Source: Tortispora ganteri
Taxonomy: Eukaryota
Reading direction: 5' to 3'
DNA length: 64,000 bases
Assembly: GCA_003707115.1 (NCBI GenBank)
Contig: PPNB01000004.1
Location: forward strand, 124,001-188,000
Shown piece after piece: positions 62,806 to 64,000 of this stretch; the first letter of the stretch is position 1; each line of letters opens with the position of its first letter. Position numbers and translations under genes: made by a program. The notes under the pieces were generated by a model. It was not told the DNA's origin. It searched no databases and saw nothing but the letters and a program-made list of their open reading frames with translations.

Positions 62806-62996
62806 GCAAGCCACACTGGCACAAAGATCACAGGGAATTTTATTAGTTACATAGCATCCTAATATTAGCGTAAAGAGATTAAACACTCCCATATTTTAGT
62901 AGTAAATGATTGAAAAGTTAAGGATGAAATAACAATGCATATATGAGAGAACTATGTTATGATTCAACAACAAAAAATATGAAGTTAAATAGTTTT

Positions 62997-64000
62997 TTAA
63001 TCTCTAGAGCTTTCCTCATGAAGTTCAAACTCACGCCAGAGGTTACCAGCTGCTATTATGATATTTTCCATGTCGGGGATTGCCGGTACTGCACTTAGAA
63101 ATTCTCGTATTTCAGATTGTTCAAGATTTTCCAGAGTGTCCATAAACGACTTTAGAATAGCCAAACACACAAAGGTCCATTGTTCGTGCAATGCGGGTGG
63201 AGGGCCCAATGAATCAGGCTTATATGACGCAGACCCGTGAACACCATCTGTGATCGGATTAGGATTCCAAAAAGGCTCAGAGAAACCAAACGAATCCAGA
63301 GTAACGGCAAGTGAAGTGTCAAATTCGTCAATATTGTGTGATGAAGGGAAACTATCACGGTGGTTGAAGGCATGGTTATAAGTAGCGGATCCAGAATGAT
63401 CAAAATATTCACGAAGGCCAAAGACCAAATCCCAGCATCGTGCTCTTTCATACGAACGCCAGGCTTTGGCTCCAAACCACTTAATCCACCACAGCAGCCA
63501 TTCATCACCGGAGTTAGCTCTATTGGTGAGGACTTCTTCTTCAGAAAATGAGTCTGACAAATCCCTACATAGAGTTCTGAAGGCCGCAAGGAAAGACGCA
63601 ATGCGCTCAGCTATGGGCGAGTCAAGCGGTCCCTGCGGAGCTGTCACGCCGTGAGTTGGTACGTGAAAAAATACCAGAAGAACTCTCTCAAACACGACAG
63701 GGAATGAGAACAAATCATCAGGAACATTGGTACCAGGTAAGTATGTCATTTCAATAAGGTGTTCAGTATCTTCAGAACGCCGTACGATAAGCCAGTCGGC
63801 GAGAGATAAAGCGACATATACCATTCCACGTTCGTAAGGGATATCTCTACCCCTAACTTCAAGAAACCGCACGACAGCTTCTTCCACTTGTGTATATACG
63901 TATTCGTCATTTGCAGATTCCCAAGGGTCTGTAGGGCTTGATCCACTGGAAGAAGCAGAGCTTTCATTAGTTGACGTTCTCGGAGTGTTTTCACGTTTTA
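62997..64000 (-). CDS. TBC/Rab-GAP-like protein, probably Oca5 family; 3' part, gene continues beyond the right edge
   Basis: Frame is open from position 64000 to the stop at 62997. YERGM, WLLWWIKWFG, RCWDLVFG and LEQSEIREFL motifs. Family assignment is from memory. Confidence 0.6.
   Translation of the reverse strand, partial: KRENTPRTSTNESSASSSGSSPTDPWESANDEYVYTQVEEAVVRFLEVRGRDIPYERGMVYVALSLADWLIVRRSEDTEHLIEMTYLPGTNVPDDLFSFPVVFERVLLVFFHVPTHGVTAPQGPLDSPIAERIASFLAAFRTLCRDLSDSFSEEEVLTNRANSGDEWLLWWIKWFGAKAWRSYERARCWDLVFGLREYFDHSGSATYNHAFNHRDSFPSSHNIDEFDTSLAVTLDSFGFSEPFWNPNPITDGVHGSASYKPDSLGPPPALHEQWTFVCLAILKSFMDTLENLEQSEIREFLSAVPAIPDMENIIIAAGNLWREFELHEESSRD

Noticed and set aside
63733..63744. 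ATACTTACCTGG on the minus strand, identical to the U1 snRNA 5' end
   Set aside because: It lies in the middle of a long coding frame (MTYLPG), and no U1 stem-loops or Sm site follow.
1..64000. Transposons, LTRs, CRISPR arrays, horizontally acquired bacterial operons or secondary-metabolite clusters
   Set aside because: No transposase, RT or integrase motifs, no spaced repeat arrays, and all recognisable genes are eukaryotic families.

Overview
This is a very compact, intron-poor fungal nuclear genome segment. I infer an early-diverging budding yeast (Saccharomycotina) using the standard code, because it has a tRNA-Leu(CAG) and CTG at conserved Leu positions. It holds about 37 protein genes, mostly housekeeping. 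Several are missed or mis-started by the ORF track: RAD30 at the left edge, and spliced TMA20 and CYT1. It also holds U6 snRNA with its Pol III elements, one tRNA, and a tandem ZIP zinc-transporter duplication that includes the promoters. I saw no transposon, CRISPR array or bacterial-type cluster. Best leads: (1) a NoxB/gp91phox-type NADPH oxidase homologue, a family usually reported absent from budding yeasts, transcribed divergently from the pheromone receptor STE3, with a palindromic CATTGT element and an Mcm1 box between them; (2) an unannotated, highly structured ~380-nt plus-strand ncRNA candidate behind a TATA box upstream of RAD30; (3) a gene-conversion tract and diverged zinc-response elements in the ZRT pair; (4) a CHK2/DUN1-type kinase with DFE in place of DFG. 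All gene names come from motif recognition by eye; no searches were run.
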